Part shown: positions 12,706 to 26,196 of the stretch, one piece after another
How the letters are laid out: the number at the start of each line of letters is the position of its first letter
How positions within the stretch are numbered: position 1 is the first letter of the stretch
Origin: Mytilus californianus
Lineage: Eukaryota
DNA length: 64,000 nucleotides
Direction of reading: 5' to 3'
NCBI RefSeq assembly: GCF_021869535.1
Contig: NW_026262581.1
Coordinates: 33,356,001-33,420,000, forward strand
Program-made: the position numbers and the translations under genes
Notes under the pieces: generated by a model
What the model was told of the DNA's origin: nothing
Database searches by the model: none
The model's input: only the letters and a program-made list of their open reading frames with translations

Positions 12706-13893
12706 CTATAAATGAGAAAATGGTTACATGTATTTTAAGCAGCACAAACAAACAAAAAAACAACAACAATATATTGCTACATTCCAAAGATTTTCTTCAC
12801 AAATCGTGAAAAAAACCTGTTCACAGGCTTACCAAAAACATCCTAAAATTACCAAAATATTTTGAAAAAGAACTGAAATATATAGCCAAAATAATATGTT
12901 AACCCAAATTATGATGATATAATAAATCAAAGTACTGAAGTACTGAACATCGGATGACCGCAGGTTCTTGTGGATGGTCAAAAGCACATGTCACAGAAAT
13001 AGATCACATCTCTATACCTGAAACTGAGGTTAATTTACAGAGATATATTTTTTTCTGATACAAGTTCGTGCATGGATGATGAATAAATGACAGGAAATTC
13101 AACCGCACCGTAATAACTATTATATTGTAGTGATACAAATCAGTATACCTGGGACTATTATACTAATATGATAATAGTGTCAGAGTATACACGTCTGGTT
13201 TGTTGTTATATATTATATTAATATTACGGTTGCATGTATATATAATTTTCATCTATTTATATATCATTCTATTCTACTATTCTAATTATAGTGCAGTGCA
13301 AGTGCATGGTGGGCACTCTTCTGTAAAAAAATCGATTTTTCTAAAAGATTGGATATGAGAAGCCATTCATATTTTCCCGCAAAACAATAACAGAGTTATC
13401 GGTCCTTGCCGGGAGTGTCGCAAAACGTTCTTGAGATATTCTTCCGTAAGCTTTAACACAATTTTTCGGTACGTGTGCATTTATATCATCAATGATTTTT
13501 TACTTTTATATATATATAACTAACGACAACACATTTTCATATCATTAATTTGTGTTTTAATAAAAATATTTATAGGAGTATCCATTGAAAAAATGAATTT
13601 GAAACAAGCGGTAAGTAATGTTATTTTGCACTAGATAAGTGACCGCGGATCTATAATTTTTATAGATCGGTTGAAAACCCAAAACTAATTTGCATAATGG
13701 ATATTTAGGCGATAGCAATACATCGATATGACCTCACGGTCATCGCGATGTAAAAATGAATATTCAATTACAGACTACTGGCAACAAACACAAAATGTTG
13801 CGCATATAATAATTAGAGAAAAAAATCTAGATCCTAGAAAAGTCGTTATTATGAAAGCCGTCCTAAGGGCACATGATCAATCACATGACTTAC

Positions 13894-14000
13894 TTTTTCC
13901 CTTTTCAGATGTTCATGTAGTTGCGCCAAAAGTAGCCTCGTTTCCTTTTCGTGCTTTACCATCATTGTCTTAAGTTGATCTATACATTTGGAAAAGAAAT
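13894..14000 (-). CDS. USP gene A, exon 3
   Basis: Acceptor ttttacgttacag|AT. Encodes FFSKCIDQLKTMMVKHEKETRLLLAQLHEHLKREK. Donor AAA|GTAAGT; 107 nt, phase 1-0. Confidence 0.9.
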
Positions 14001-15229
14001 CTGTAACGTAAAATGACGTAAAATAACAAATGGTGTATATCTGCAGCAAGTTTGGTCAAAATTTTACATGGTTTTTGGACGACCTGCAGTTTAAGCTGTC
14101 AGCGAATATTTACTTCAATCCTTGTTTTGGATTTTTCATCTTTTTTTATTTCGTTTCTTTTTCTTAATTATTAACAAAAACGCCTAGTCATAAACTCTTA
14201 AAATTTCATATTAAATTGAGGTTATTTTACTTCTCAGGAATGAACAGAAAAGATTTAACTTAACACTATTTACATCTAAGATCGGTCCTTATTGTGCATA
14301 GCCTGGCATACTGACCCAATATAATACTTCGTCGATAGGCTGCGAGCAGTGAGCCAGAATCCCAGGCTATATTGAGCACAGTTGGCATCATTTCAATTCA
14401 TTTGTTTGATTATCACTTGGACTGCACTATAATCATTCACATGCTGGCGTGGCATTTTATTTAAAATACCACTGCTAACGACAATAGGAACTCGGTCAGT
14501 CTCGTCGTGAGAACGAGTTGCCAAGACTACGATCTATACTTTGAATTTATTGATTTTTAAATAAAGCATCTTTTTCCAATGACATTTTTAAACGTAGCGT
14601 AGACATAAACATATGAAGATAATGTCTCTCTACATATATAGATTGGTTTATTGTTATTTGTTTAACATCCAGTGAAAAATGTTTCGTGCATACAAGGGAA
14701 CAGAACAAATTAACAATTACTAGTACTCCATAAGTAAAGTTATGCAAAGTAGGTCGATCGGGATGAAGGGTCGGAATTTCGACTGTCACAGGAAATTGAA
14801 GGTATATTTAATAACGTCAGAAATTTTGCCCTGCAATAGCCAGACCCTTCAAAGTGTTGTTGTATGGGTTCTTAAACGTGCAAAGAGTGTTGCATTTGCC
14901 CCATACAAGGATTCAGAACTAATGGGCCTTTTCCGACCGGATGTGGCTGCAGATTTATCCATCCCGCTCACCCAAACACACGCCTCTCTTAAGTAACGGT
15001 TTTACTACCAGAAGGCAAAAGGCGTGTGAAGACCGTGTTTTATACCCTAGTCAACCCTTTTGGAGATTTGTCTCTAAGCAGAAATAAATGTAGGCCTTGG
15101 TGCGATTGTATTTACTATATATATGTACGTTGTATTAAGGAAATTATAAAAGAAAAGGAATGTGAACGACTGTACACTACAGCGCGATATATGATTTACA
15201 GTACAAAACAAATATTTACATCTACTCAC

Positions 15230-15310
15230 ATGAAAGCTGTGTTTGTGTCAATTCGGGACAGTGAACAAACACAACATAATCGGATGCTTGCCTAAAGTAC
15301 TTTAGGTACC
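15230..15310 (-). CDS. USP gene A, exon 2
   Basis: Acceptor ttgtattttcaacag|GG (Trp). Encodes YLKYFRQASDYVVFVHCPELTQTQLS. Donor T|GTGAGT; 81 nt, phase 1-1. Confidence 0.92.
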
Positions 15311-17160
15311 CTGTTGAAAATACAACAATATCAAAATGTCAACTTGTATGTCGTAAATTATAAACTGTTTAAAACCCTTTGAAGTATGAAAGTAGAAAAT
15401 ATCTTGAATCGAAGTTTTATATTGTTTTTCATTATTTCGTATGAGACATATGTTATACACATTCTTTATTTATTTGTTTGGTGGGTCCATGTTCATGTAC
15501 ATGACAATTTTACTTATATACCATTTAATTTTAATAGTATACGATTAGTAACACAATGTCCATATGGTAAATATAATTATAATGTTGCACTTATGTAGTC
15601 GAAGATTTGACTTCGACAGTCTATTCTGGTGACAGTTTGATCGTAGGACGTCTGAGCGCAATTCACATAAAGCGTTCGTTGAGGTTCAAGGGAAATTTGG
15701 TGATTAAAATGTACATTTTCGTGAAGAAAAAACTTGATTTTGTTTTTCAAATTGATCAATTAAAACATAAACCAACTATGTATTGATATACTATATTGAA
15801 TATTTATGATTCTACATCATGTCGATACTGTTTACTTAGATTTTGGCATTGTATTTTGAGCATGGTTATATGCTTTTCTAAGACGGTATATGACGTTTTT
15901 ACACTAAATACCATTGGATGTGTATTGACTGATACATAAGGTTTAGAAAACATGATTTATTTATAAGTTGTAATTAGATTTGTACTAGCTTAAAGTGACT
16001 GCTTAAAGTTTGCTCTTATTGTTTGTTGTTACACCGATATCACAAGTAATGGGAGGATTGGGCGCTCACAACCATGTTGACCCCACCACATTGTTTGTGT
16101 GCATGTCCCAAGTCAGGAGCCTGTTATTCAGGGGTTTGTCGTTGGATCATGTCTGTCTTATATGCTTTTCGTTAGAATAGTTTCACATTTTGTCATTTCG
16201 ATGCCTTTTATAGCTGACTATACGGTATGAGTTTTGTTCATTGTTAAACTGCGGCCGTACGGTGACCTTAAGCTGCTTAATACATCCCGTGACTTCATTT
16301 GGACTTCGGTGGATAGTTATCTCATTGACAATCATACATCTCCGTATTTTTTATAAAGGAAACGAATGATTTATCTCATTCTGCTTGACAACTGATCATG
16401 ACAGTTCTTTCGCGATATTCAGACAGAGACTTGCAGCCCCGTGCGTTCTCTGTGAACGACGATCTGATGTACCAAAGTCACAGGAAGTCCTGAAAGGCCG
16501 TCAAACCTGGACTAATACAAGCAATTTTTCATATGGTGCCCAGGTCCCTTAAATGCTGTTTTTTTTTTTTTTTAATTTGGCTGAAAGGCAGAAATTGTTT
16601 TCTTCGTAAAGATATATAGACCATCTTATGCGTTTATTTTATCTTGATTAGTGTTGTAAGGGAAATAATTCGTACATTTTATTAACATCGACCAAAAGTG
16701 TAATCAGTTTTATGTGAACCGTGTATGTGTATTCAGGCTGATTGGTAAAATACATCCATTCAAATGCATTTTATCAAACCTTTTTCGCCTTTTTGGAAAG
16801 CATATAATTATCAAAATGAATGTATTTAAATAATCACAATGTTATGCTGAAATTTTAAGTCCGCAAACAGTAGAGAAATATAAGAATTACATACATTGTA
16901 CATTTCTATACACTTTCAAGTTACATTAAACCAGAAGAATAAATTGACACGGATGGACTTCTGCTTGTAATACATCTGTTCTTCAATAAGACCAAACTGG
17001 TCAAACATGGACTCGAGAACAAATGCAAATGTGCAAGAAGATTCAGTCATGCAAGATGAGATTGCATAACTGATTTTAATTGAATGCATTTGCAAAATTA
17101 TATTTCATAAATTAAAATTTTAAGAACTCCATGCATACATTGTACTTGCAGTTAATTTAC

Positions 17161-17230
17161 ATTGATAAGCATGGTCCGAGTGGTCACTCCCGTCCATAGC
17201 CAGTAAAACCGTTCTGCAGTTTTCTTCCAT
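17161..17230 (-). CDS. Universal stress protein (UspA domain) gene A, coding exon 1
   Basis: MEENCRTVLLAMDGSDHSDHAYQ, then T|GTAAAT (phase 1; 70 nt). USP beta1 motif VLLAMDGSDHS. Confidence 0.92.
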
Positions 17231-18478
17231 TATGTTTTCTTTTGTTTACAATACTAATAAATAAGTATCCAAACATACATCTCGAGTCTGAAGTATATAG
17301 TGATGAACGTTTATAGGTTAATCATTATTGTTGTTACGACATTTGTAACCCTGATTGTATGCTAAAAATAAATTGTTCATGTAAGCTACAGCTTATTCAT
17401 TTAACTTATATACAAAGGTTGCCAGAAGACACAAATAACGAGTGCATTGATACGGTTTAATAATGAAACGTAAATCTAAGAAAAAATGAGTTAATCTCAA
17501 AAGTACATCCTGCTAGCATGGTTAGGTTTTATCTCGAAATAAATTTGATAAAAAAGTGATAAAAATATTGTTATTAAAAGGAACATGTAGATGTGGTTTT
17601 ACGCAGAATGTCTTACGTTAAACTCTTACTTTTGGAACTCCCTACGTGTTCCCTTTTTCAATTGCACAAAGCGTGAAGACCTGTGCATAGTACTTTTATT
17701 TATATTCCATTGATTAGGCGTTCAAAAGTCTTCAAGTAATGATTAAATCAATTTATTAAAAATTTTCTTTTTGCTAATTGCTTTTTCGTCTATAATCTGT
17801 AAAAAAAAACTGAGTGTTCCTTTCAAATTACAATGTCATCTCAAATATATCTCCATGAAGAACTGCAGCCACGGTACATTTCTAATACATTTTTGCAAGA
17901 AATAAGGGATCGATTCCGTCCTGCGACTTTTCACACACACACAAATCTCGCGCGTTCTGAAAATGTTCTTTACTAACAAGTATATTAATCTATGGATTTT
18001 TAGCGAAATCAGTCGCACATTTGGTTTTTGAAGTCTTTCTCAAATTGTAAGTTTGTGTATAAAAAACTTTTTTTAACTAATTTTCTTGTATTGCATTATC
18101 TATCAAATTTTTTTTAATTCTATTTATTTTAAATGTAATGTTCCAACTTTAATCTTATAGAGTATCAACGTTAAAGATTTTACCATTTTTGTATTTACGA
18201 TGAATATTTCGGTTGTATTTGAACTTGTTTCTAATGAGAAAACGAATATATCAATATATTGCCATGGAACCAATAAATAACTCTTTCTTTGAAAAAAAGA
18301 CAAATTTATAAGTTTTTGTCCTTTTTATCTTTTTATAAATTCTTTTTCTAAAAGTTCAGACTTGTCAATATAAGAAGTGGTCGGATAATTAATCTATTAA
18401 GGCATTCATTGAGCAATTAGAAAACAATTTAATTGATAACATCCGTGTGAGGAGATCGGAGGAGCAGCACAGCATGGG

Positions 18479-19504
18479 ATGGGTCGACGCTTTGGACAAT
18501 TTATGACTTTAGAAACAATGGGTGTTTGTCACTATATCTGTTTGACCGCTGTATCATTTCACAAGTTGCTATCTCTTTCTGAACTGACCATGGCCGAAAA
18601 TTCTGCTCTTAGTCCAAATCAAAATCTAGAGAATGATGATTTTGGACCGATAGATTTAACCAAAGATTCTAATGACAATAGCAGTGATACTGACAACGTG
18701 ATCGTAAGACGAAAACGAAAGCCAAAGAAATTTGAAAATTTATCTGAAATCGCCATCGAAGAAAGGAGGAATACTGCAAACGTTCAAGAAAGAAAGCGCA
18801 TGAAGAAGTTATCGAAAGCTCTTGAAGATCTCCGAAAGTGTATACCGGCCGAATATCATGTAACCAACCGCAAAATGTCAAAAATTCGGACACTTAAATT
18901 AGCTGTTAACTATATTGCTTCTTTAACAGATATCATTGACAGAGACAATTTGTTAAAACAACAAGCCTTCCATCTTGAAAGTCAGATGCTACATTCGACC
19001 TATTCTTATTTGATGCCTTCGCCCGTTGGAGTTCAACACGGTAACCTTTCCACTGTGCAACAGTCAGGATTTTCGCCGTATCACACGCCTTGTATTAGTT
19101 CCGAACACAGTAGACTGCCGAAACGACATTTAAATTTCTCGCCTTTTTTTGGAACACCAATTCCGTCGATGATTTCGCAGGGAAGACAATTGACATATCA
19201 GACTCCGGTGAAATCAGAACCAACTCCGTATAGGAATCCAGAAATGATCACAAGACGTCGTACAAGTACTTTTTCGTCTCCGTCCTTTATTGGTGATCTG
19301 AGAAATATGAATGAAGTAAATACAAGTTTTCTCAGCCCAATGGCAGATGACAGTGATGTGGGTTCTGGACCTTCACGTTCAACCGATGCAAATCAGTATA
19401 CATACACGTTAGACGGTATAAGTCCAATTCCAGAAGAGGAGAATTTCCGAGGAGGGACAGACTGTGTGTTTGATCCAAGACGAAGACTCAAGAAAACAGA
19501 ATAA
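18479..19504 (+). CDS. Class A bHLH transcription factor, Mesp/mesogenin-like, single coding exon
   Basis: 341-aa ORF; the better start context is accATGG at 18590 (304 aa). bHLH at about 18764-18937: RRNTANVQERKRMKKLSKALEDLRKCIPAEYHVTNRKMSKIRTLKLAVNYIASLTDII. Helix 1 LxxALxxLR and the PxxY-x5-(M/L)(S/T)KI loop resemble Mesp/Msgn1. Family call is by eye. Confidence 0.9.
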   Translation: MGRRFGQFMTLETMGVCHYICLTAVSFHKLLSLSELTMAENSALSPNQNLENDDFGPIDLTKDSNDNSSDTDNVIVRRKRKPKKFENLSEIAIEERRNTANVQERKRMKKLSKALEDLRKCIPAEYHVTNRKMSKIRTLKLAVNYIASLTDIIDRDNLLKQQAFHLESQMLHSTYSYLMPSPVGVQHGNLSTVQQSGFSPYHTPCISSEHSRLPKRHLNFSPFFGTPIPSMISQGRQLTYQTPVKSEPTPYRNPEMITRRRTSTFSSPSFIGDLRNMNEVNTSFLSPMADDSDVGSGPSRSTDANQYTYTLDGISPIPEEENFRGGTDCVFDPRRRLKKTE

Positions 19505-22500
19505 CGGGATCGGTAAGTGCTTTACTTTAATGTTTAAAATATATAAATGATTTAAAGCTCTAAATTATTCAGCGCTAATAAATTGAAATAATTTTTAACT
19601 AAAGCAAAGGCCGGGCACAGAAAAACGCATAGTACACATGCATGTGTTACTGTATGCTCAGAGAGTAAGTACAATAAGTAATTAAACATCAGCACAAAAT
19701 AAAACTATAACGATATTACAGGCGATAAAAAAGAATGCTACAAAATCAACAATAGCAATTCTACATGTACCTGGTAGCTCGAAGCTAATGAACGCTATCC
19801 GTTTTAAGCACTTAAATAATCTACTTTAGATCATTTCGGTTATTTATACATGATTTTGAGCGTTCCTGGTGAAGTTTATCAAGAAAAGCGCTACAGACTA
19901 ACGAAATTTACAGAGAATTATTTGTATTTGTAGGGAGGTACTAATCGCATTTACCTCAATTATTGTCTGATACAAAAAGGTCAGCATTTATTAGATATTT
20001 TACTATTGTTGTATATATATTATTGCAAAATTGCAAATACAAGTTAGTGAAAAACTTTGTTTTGCTTGGTGCTCCCAATTGAAAGGAGTTAAATAATATA
20101 TATGTAACCACAACTTCTCACACTCTAAGTAATATCTCTCTATATACTATTTCAAATCATAAGAGTATTATTATAAACATTGACAGGGTCAAGGAAGTAA
20201 TTCCAACATTACATCAACCATAAACAAAATCATGCATGGATAATAAAACATACAACAGAAATGGTTATGTATGCAGAATTGAAATTCCAAGATTTTAAAT
20301 TCAGTACAATTTCTAGAAAAAAAATTAGACGATGAAGCTCAAATGTAAAACTTTCAATGTTGATATGCTGCATATTTCAATTAAAGTATATAAACAAGAA
20401 ATTGAATGTTATCAGTGTTAGACAAATATGCCTACTTTTAACTAATAACTCTTGGGTACAAATATCAGTTAAAAATTCCTAAAATGTGTAAAAATGTCAA
20501 CAAATGTGTGGTAATAAATTGCAGTTATTGGACCATAACAAATATCGACAATATTTTAAAGAATATTATCATAAGGATTTTTATTCGTTAATCACTTTTT
20601 TATTCAAAAAAATAAAATAAACACCAAGTTCAGGAATTTTTTTTTTAAGATGGCATGATGTTAAATCCGAAATAAAAAACGACGAAGTTTTGCAAGACCC
20701 AAATCTATATACGGGGTTGATGACCTTTGACTAATACTATATCAGATATTTTGTAAAGTTATTTTCATCATTTATATAATCAACTGTATCCTTGCTATTC
20801 TTTCACAAATATTTCGTTCATCTGCAGAAAAAAATTCAAATCTGCTAGTTTTACGAGTTTTATTCATACAAGAAAGCAATTAAGTTTATAATGAAGTATA
20901 CAGACGGAGAAAATCCTTTCTTTTAAAAATATTGAAAAGAAATTTTGCCTTGACACGACAACAAAAGGATTCCGTTGAAGCTTCTCGGCTCCTTTTTTTT
21001 TAACTGATATCGTTCTAGTTGTATCCCCTTATTCAGATCAGACGTTTCCAAGGGTTTCGACATCACTGCTTAAATAGGTACTCAACCAGTCTTATTTTTT
21101 ATGTATCTATTACCTTTGAGGTAAAAACGAATATATATATTTTTTTTGTAAACGTATAAAATTTTTCTTTCACCAAAAATAACAGACATTCAAATGGAAA
21201 AAAATTATTTTCACAAAAGTGTCGTTGGGTTGTTGCCTCCATGACGAAATACCTCCTTATTTTATAAATAGATAGATAGCTAGATATTTTTATTTCAAAC
21301 TACAACTTGGTACATGTATATAAAATACAGTATATTACAATTTTAAACATAATTATGTATATAGTCAATAAACATGTATACTGATACCAACCTTATCCTG
21401 AGACTGAAATCTTCTGATATAGTTTCAATATACCAGTTTTGTTTTATATTTTATATATAATTTATATTTCAAACGATGTGCGCAAAGCCAATGATTTAAA
21501 GATATTGGAACATTAAAATTTGACTCAAATCCATCATATTCTGTTGAAAGAGACATTCTGAAAAAAAATGATATCTGTAAAAACCATAAAGAATTGTAAC
21601 TTTCAACTTCACCAATGATTTAGTTCCTGACTTACTTTGTTTTAATTCAGCAAAAAAAAAAAAAAGAGAACAAATCTAAATTTTTTCATTTGACCCTATT
21701 CTAATATTACTTTGTGGTTTAAGTATTGCTTAATGTACGATTATTTTTAATTCTGAAGAAAAAAATTGAAACAGAAATCGTATCATTTTCCACAGCATTC
21801 TTGTTTGTTGATTATCATCAATTATTCATGTATTTGAAATAAAACAAAACATAAATCAAGTACAATTTATTCAATGACATTTATGAATCATAAAAAAATC
21901 GTTTTCTTTTTTATTAGTCGAACAGTGGATATTGTTATATAACAGTGCAATAAAAAGAAACACCCAAATTCTATTAAAAAATCATATATTATAGAATTAA
22001 TTTTTTAACACAAATATATTTTGACATTTATTTTTCCTCTTTTAAAAAATATCCCAACATTAATTTTTATCAATTTTTAAAAAAAATTATAAATTAAAAT
22101 GCAGATTAAGTATTAAATCCAATTAAAGATATTTAAATTCTTAGCTCTATTTTCATTTCTTTTGAAAGAATAAACAATAGGTAACTTTATATAAAGCCGG
22201 AGACGGGGTAAAGTTGCTTGACCGTTTGATGTAATTAGCAACGTCCGTTGATTTAGCATTTTCACTGGGGAATGGTCAGCTTTTATCGTTTTACAACAGG
22301 CTATTATTTGGACATTAATTCTGTGTTACTTAACACCTTAGTGCAAAGAAACGGGAGTTTAAACGGATTCTTGAAACCAAAGGAAGATCAGATAATTCAA
22401 CAAGGTGGTGCTAATGACCGATATGCCAGCAGATTTTATGATAAACGATTACGTCCCTATCTAATCAGTGATGACGCCCTTTAATTGAGCAATAAAATAA

Positions 22501-25500
22501 TTAACAGGTTGAGGATAGTCCCTGTGTGTTCCGTTACTGATGCTGGTCGAGTTGGTAATTACATGCCACTTGATCTTTCTTTTGATTAATTTGTTTCAGT
22601 CATTTGTCGGTACTTTGTAAATTCTTTCGATTTCATTCTTTTGATTAATTTTTTTCTCTCATTTGTCGGTATTTTGTAAATTCTTTCGATTTGTAAAGAT
22701 TGGTATGTTTTGTCATTTCAAATCTTAATCTATGAAGGTCAAAATAATTCAAATGTATTACTGTTTTGAACAAAAGGATACTATATAATGATAAAGGACA
22801 GATTTTAATAAAAAAAAAAGTTTTTTAATTGAGACTTATATAAATTAATTCGTTTATCGTATATATTTTTATTTAGTTTCAACTGGTTTGAACTTATCTT
22901 ATTGTTTAAAATTACAAATGGACCAGAATGAGATATCTTCTCCATAACATGATGCACAACTATGTACATTAAAGAATACAGCACGATACACTCGACGCTA
23001 ACAAAGTATGTTTGCATGAATACATAAAAACATCAAGGGTACTAGGTTGAGATTAAAAAAAAATCAATGGATAAAAAAACGAGTGCGTCTTTTTTTAACT
23101 GAAATATCGTGAAAAAGACAGTCGTTATCCGGCCAATTGTTTTATCAGTTGATATTTTTATATCTTCTCTTTTCTGTTCATTAGTTTGCTTTGTCGCTAC
23201 AATATTTTGTTTTGAAGAGGAGGGAGAGGATTTTGTTGGATTGTTCGTATTTGCTGTCGTAGAGACTTTAAAATATTTTTTCACATAACCTTGATGTTTG
23301 CTATTAATTTTCCTTACATTCTTATTTAGCTCCAATATTTAGGATTCAGCAATTTCAATAGTATTTACTCATTTAACATAGAGTTCAATCAACGGAAATA
23401 ATATAAAAAGAAGACCATTGAAGGCAAACATATGAATTGGTTTACATATGTATTTTGTCTTCTTAGACTAATTAGAATACAACATGTACACCCTACATAT
23501 ATTTTGCAATGAAATTTGAACATTTTAGTATTGTTAAACCACGTTATTAAGTATACAATTTAATATCTGAAATATTGTTCTTGATTTTAGTACACACAAA
23601 AATGTTTGTCCCGAGAACAAAATCCATGACACCCTCAAACGAATGGTCGTTGCCTAATATAGCTTTAGTCCATATTGACGCATGTTGTATAAACGCCAAT
23701 AATTATTACAAATGCAGTTCAGTCCTTAAACAAATACTACATTATGATTTTAGAACCTCAAAAACACGAAGCTGTGATACTGTGAATTATCGAAAAGATT
23801 GAATTTTTTTTTTCAAAATGACCCCGAGTTGAAATGATTTTAAGGGAAATTGACATTACCTATTTCCCCAAAACGTCAACACATCAACATATCAAGGATT
23901 TACAGACTAACAAAAATTCTTGATAACAAAGGGAAAATGTTATATTTTCCAACATATTTATAATATTTGAAGCAAAACTCACACTTGCAAACAAAAGTAA
24001 TGATAAAACCTAAAAATCCATGCAACTAGAAAAAAGTCATGATTTGAAATCTTTGTTTTTCAGGTATACAGACCCGAGTGGGACCAATGTAGTGCTACAG
24101 AGCAGCTAGATGACTTCAGTGCAGAACTTTTGTATGCATGCAACTTTGTGAAACAGTTTTTATCTATGTGTCAAATTTATTAAATATGTATATGAAAATA
24201 TGGGTAATAGTTCAAATGAAGCCCTTGATTTTTGAGAGAAAAAAATGTATATATAGTTCAAAAGCAGACATGCATTTTGGAAAAGGTAAACATTTAACTA
24301 TTTTGCGTGATATATAAATAAGGAGATGTGGTATGATTGCAATTTGACAACTAACTACCAGTGACCAAATAACCCATTTGTTTTCAAAAATAACTTGACC
24401 GCGATTCTCGAATGTGGATTCTTGGACTTTGACATTTTGCTTTGTAAACGTGAACTTGTTGTAACAATTGACATTTTTTGTCTTGAAAACCTTACTTCTG
24501 AAATCACAAAATCAGAGGTTTTCTGCTATATTTTTTTTCTCCTGTTTTCCTCCGTCTTTTATTTTTGACTTTGTCAATGGAACGTATGTCCACATTTTTA
24601 AAAAAACTGCGATTGAAACAATTCTAATTCACAAGATACACGGGTACAATTTCTTCGATGATGTTCCTGGTAAAATGACTGTGTAATCTCTTACCTTAAT
24701 GGAGCATATTACAGTCCCCCCCCCACAAAAAAAAAAAAAAAAATTAAAAAAAAAGATATGTTTTGTTGAAATTCTCGATTGCACGCAGTCAAGGAATCAA
24801 AACATTACTTATCTGATTTGTCAAAAGCCATTTCCAACTTTTTTTTACAGATTGTTCTTGTGTTGTGTTGTTACACTACCGTCCCAGGTTAAGAGAGGAT
24901 CGAGCGCTTACAAACATGTTTAACCCCGCCACACTCTTTATATGCCTTCCCCAAATCAGGAGCCTGTGTTTCAGTGGTTGGTGTTTTTTGCTGTATATCA
25001 TATTTGTTTTGTGCTTGTTGTTTCATTTAGATATAAGGTCGTTAGTTTTCTCGATTGATTTTTTCAACATTTCTCATATCGGGTTTTTTTATAGCTTCCT
25101 CTGCAGTATTCGTTTTGCTCGTTGTTGAAGGCCGTACTGTGACCTGTAGTACCAAAGTTTTACGTCAATTGGTAACTGGTGGATAGTTTTCTCATTGGTA
25201 ATCATAACACACATTATTTTTATGTTCAAAATTGAATAATCTTTAATTTGCTCCTTATTTTGTCACAATGCACCTTTTGGTAAAAGGTCTTCAGAAAATA
25301 AAATAAAATCGCATATTGGACGAGTTGACATGACAATAAAATATATGACGACATTTATGAAAAAGGTGTACATTATGACGTACGTGTAATTGTGCTATCA
25401 CCCATCAAAACTATTGTGCAGTTATATTTCTTGATCGTATGATTTTAAGACATTATGCGCAAATTCGGAATAGTTTTTACACATTTTGAATGAGCCTTAA

Positions 25501-25715
25501 TGTCCGGAATTTGGTATTGGAAAATTATGTGCAGCCAAATGTTCGAGAAATGCATTCAACTGGACGACAATTAGGTATCTGCAAGGAATTTAATCGTACT
25601 TGTTTTTTTTTTATAAGTTTTATGATGTTTATAATAATATAATATATTTATGTTAGGCTACCACATTTGTACATTTTTCATCTCATCAAATGATTTTACA
25701 TTGTCAAATTCGAAA

Positions 25716-26090
25716 CTAACTATGCGTCGATTCTGTGTCGTATCTTGCACTCTTTGGTGTAGGAGGAGGAGTGTTAGCTTCCGGTACAAAATAGTCATTT
25801 CCATCTGAGTAATTACTGTCATTTTTATCAATTATACGCATCATTGGTCTTAAATCTGGAACTGATTCCGGTCGCAAAATATAGTCACTTCCCTCGTTTT
25901 CTGACAGTGTTGTGTATTGCCTTTCCATTTTATGTCGTTGAAAATTAGAAAGACCATCGTATCCGGGTTTTGGAGAATCCATTGCAATGGAAAACACAGA
26001 TGCATCATGTTCACCAGTCGGATCATTTTCTAAACCGTATGTCACGTTTTGATTTTCATGCTGCCCTAATTTGAGCTTAACATACCTTGC
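25716..26090 (-). CDS. Orphan single-pass receptor, terminal exon (Tyr-rich cytoplasmic tail)
   Basis: Acceptor aatttattttcag|GCA, phase 0. 124 aa, ARYVKLKLGQHENQNVTYGLEND...ARYDTESTHS*, extending the 109-aa track ORF. Confidence 0.85.
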   Translation of the reverse strand, partial: ARYVKLKLGQHENQNVTYGLENDPTGEHDASVFSIAMDSPKPGYDGLSNFQRHKMERQYTTLSENEGSDYILRPESVPDLRPMMRIIDKNDSNYSDGNDYFVPEANTPPPTPKSARYDTESTHS

Positions 26091-26196
26091 CTGAAAATAA
26101 ATTATATCATCTGGATTTGTACGTCGGTAAATACTAATGCCTTTAATTCAAACCAGTAAATTATATGTGTATGACAAGCTGTAAGCTAATTCTGTA

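Noticed and set aside
23042-23335. 97-aa minus-strand ORF
   Set aside because: Low-complexity K/T/S/N-rich sequence with no domain or convincing splice partners.
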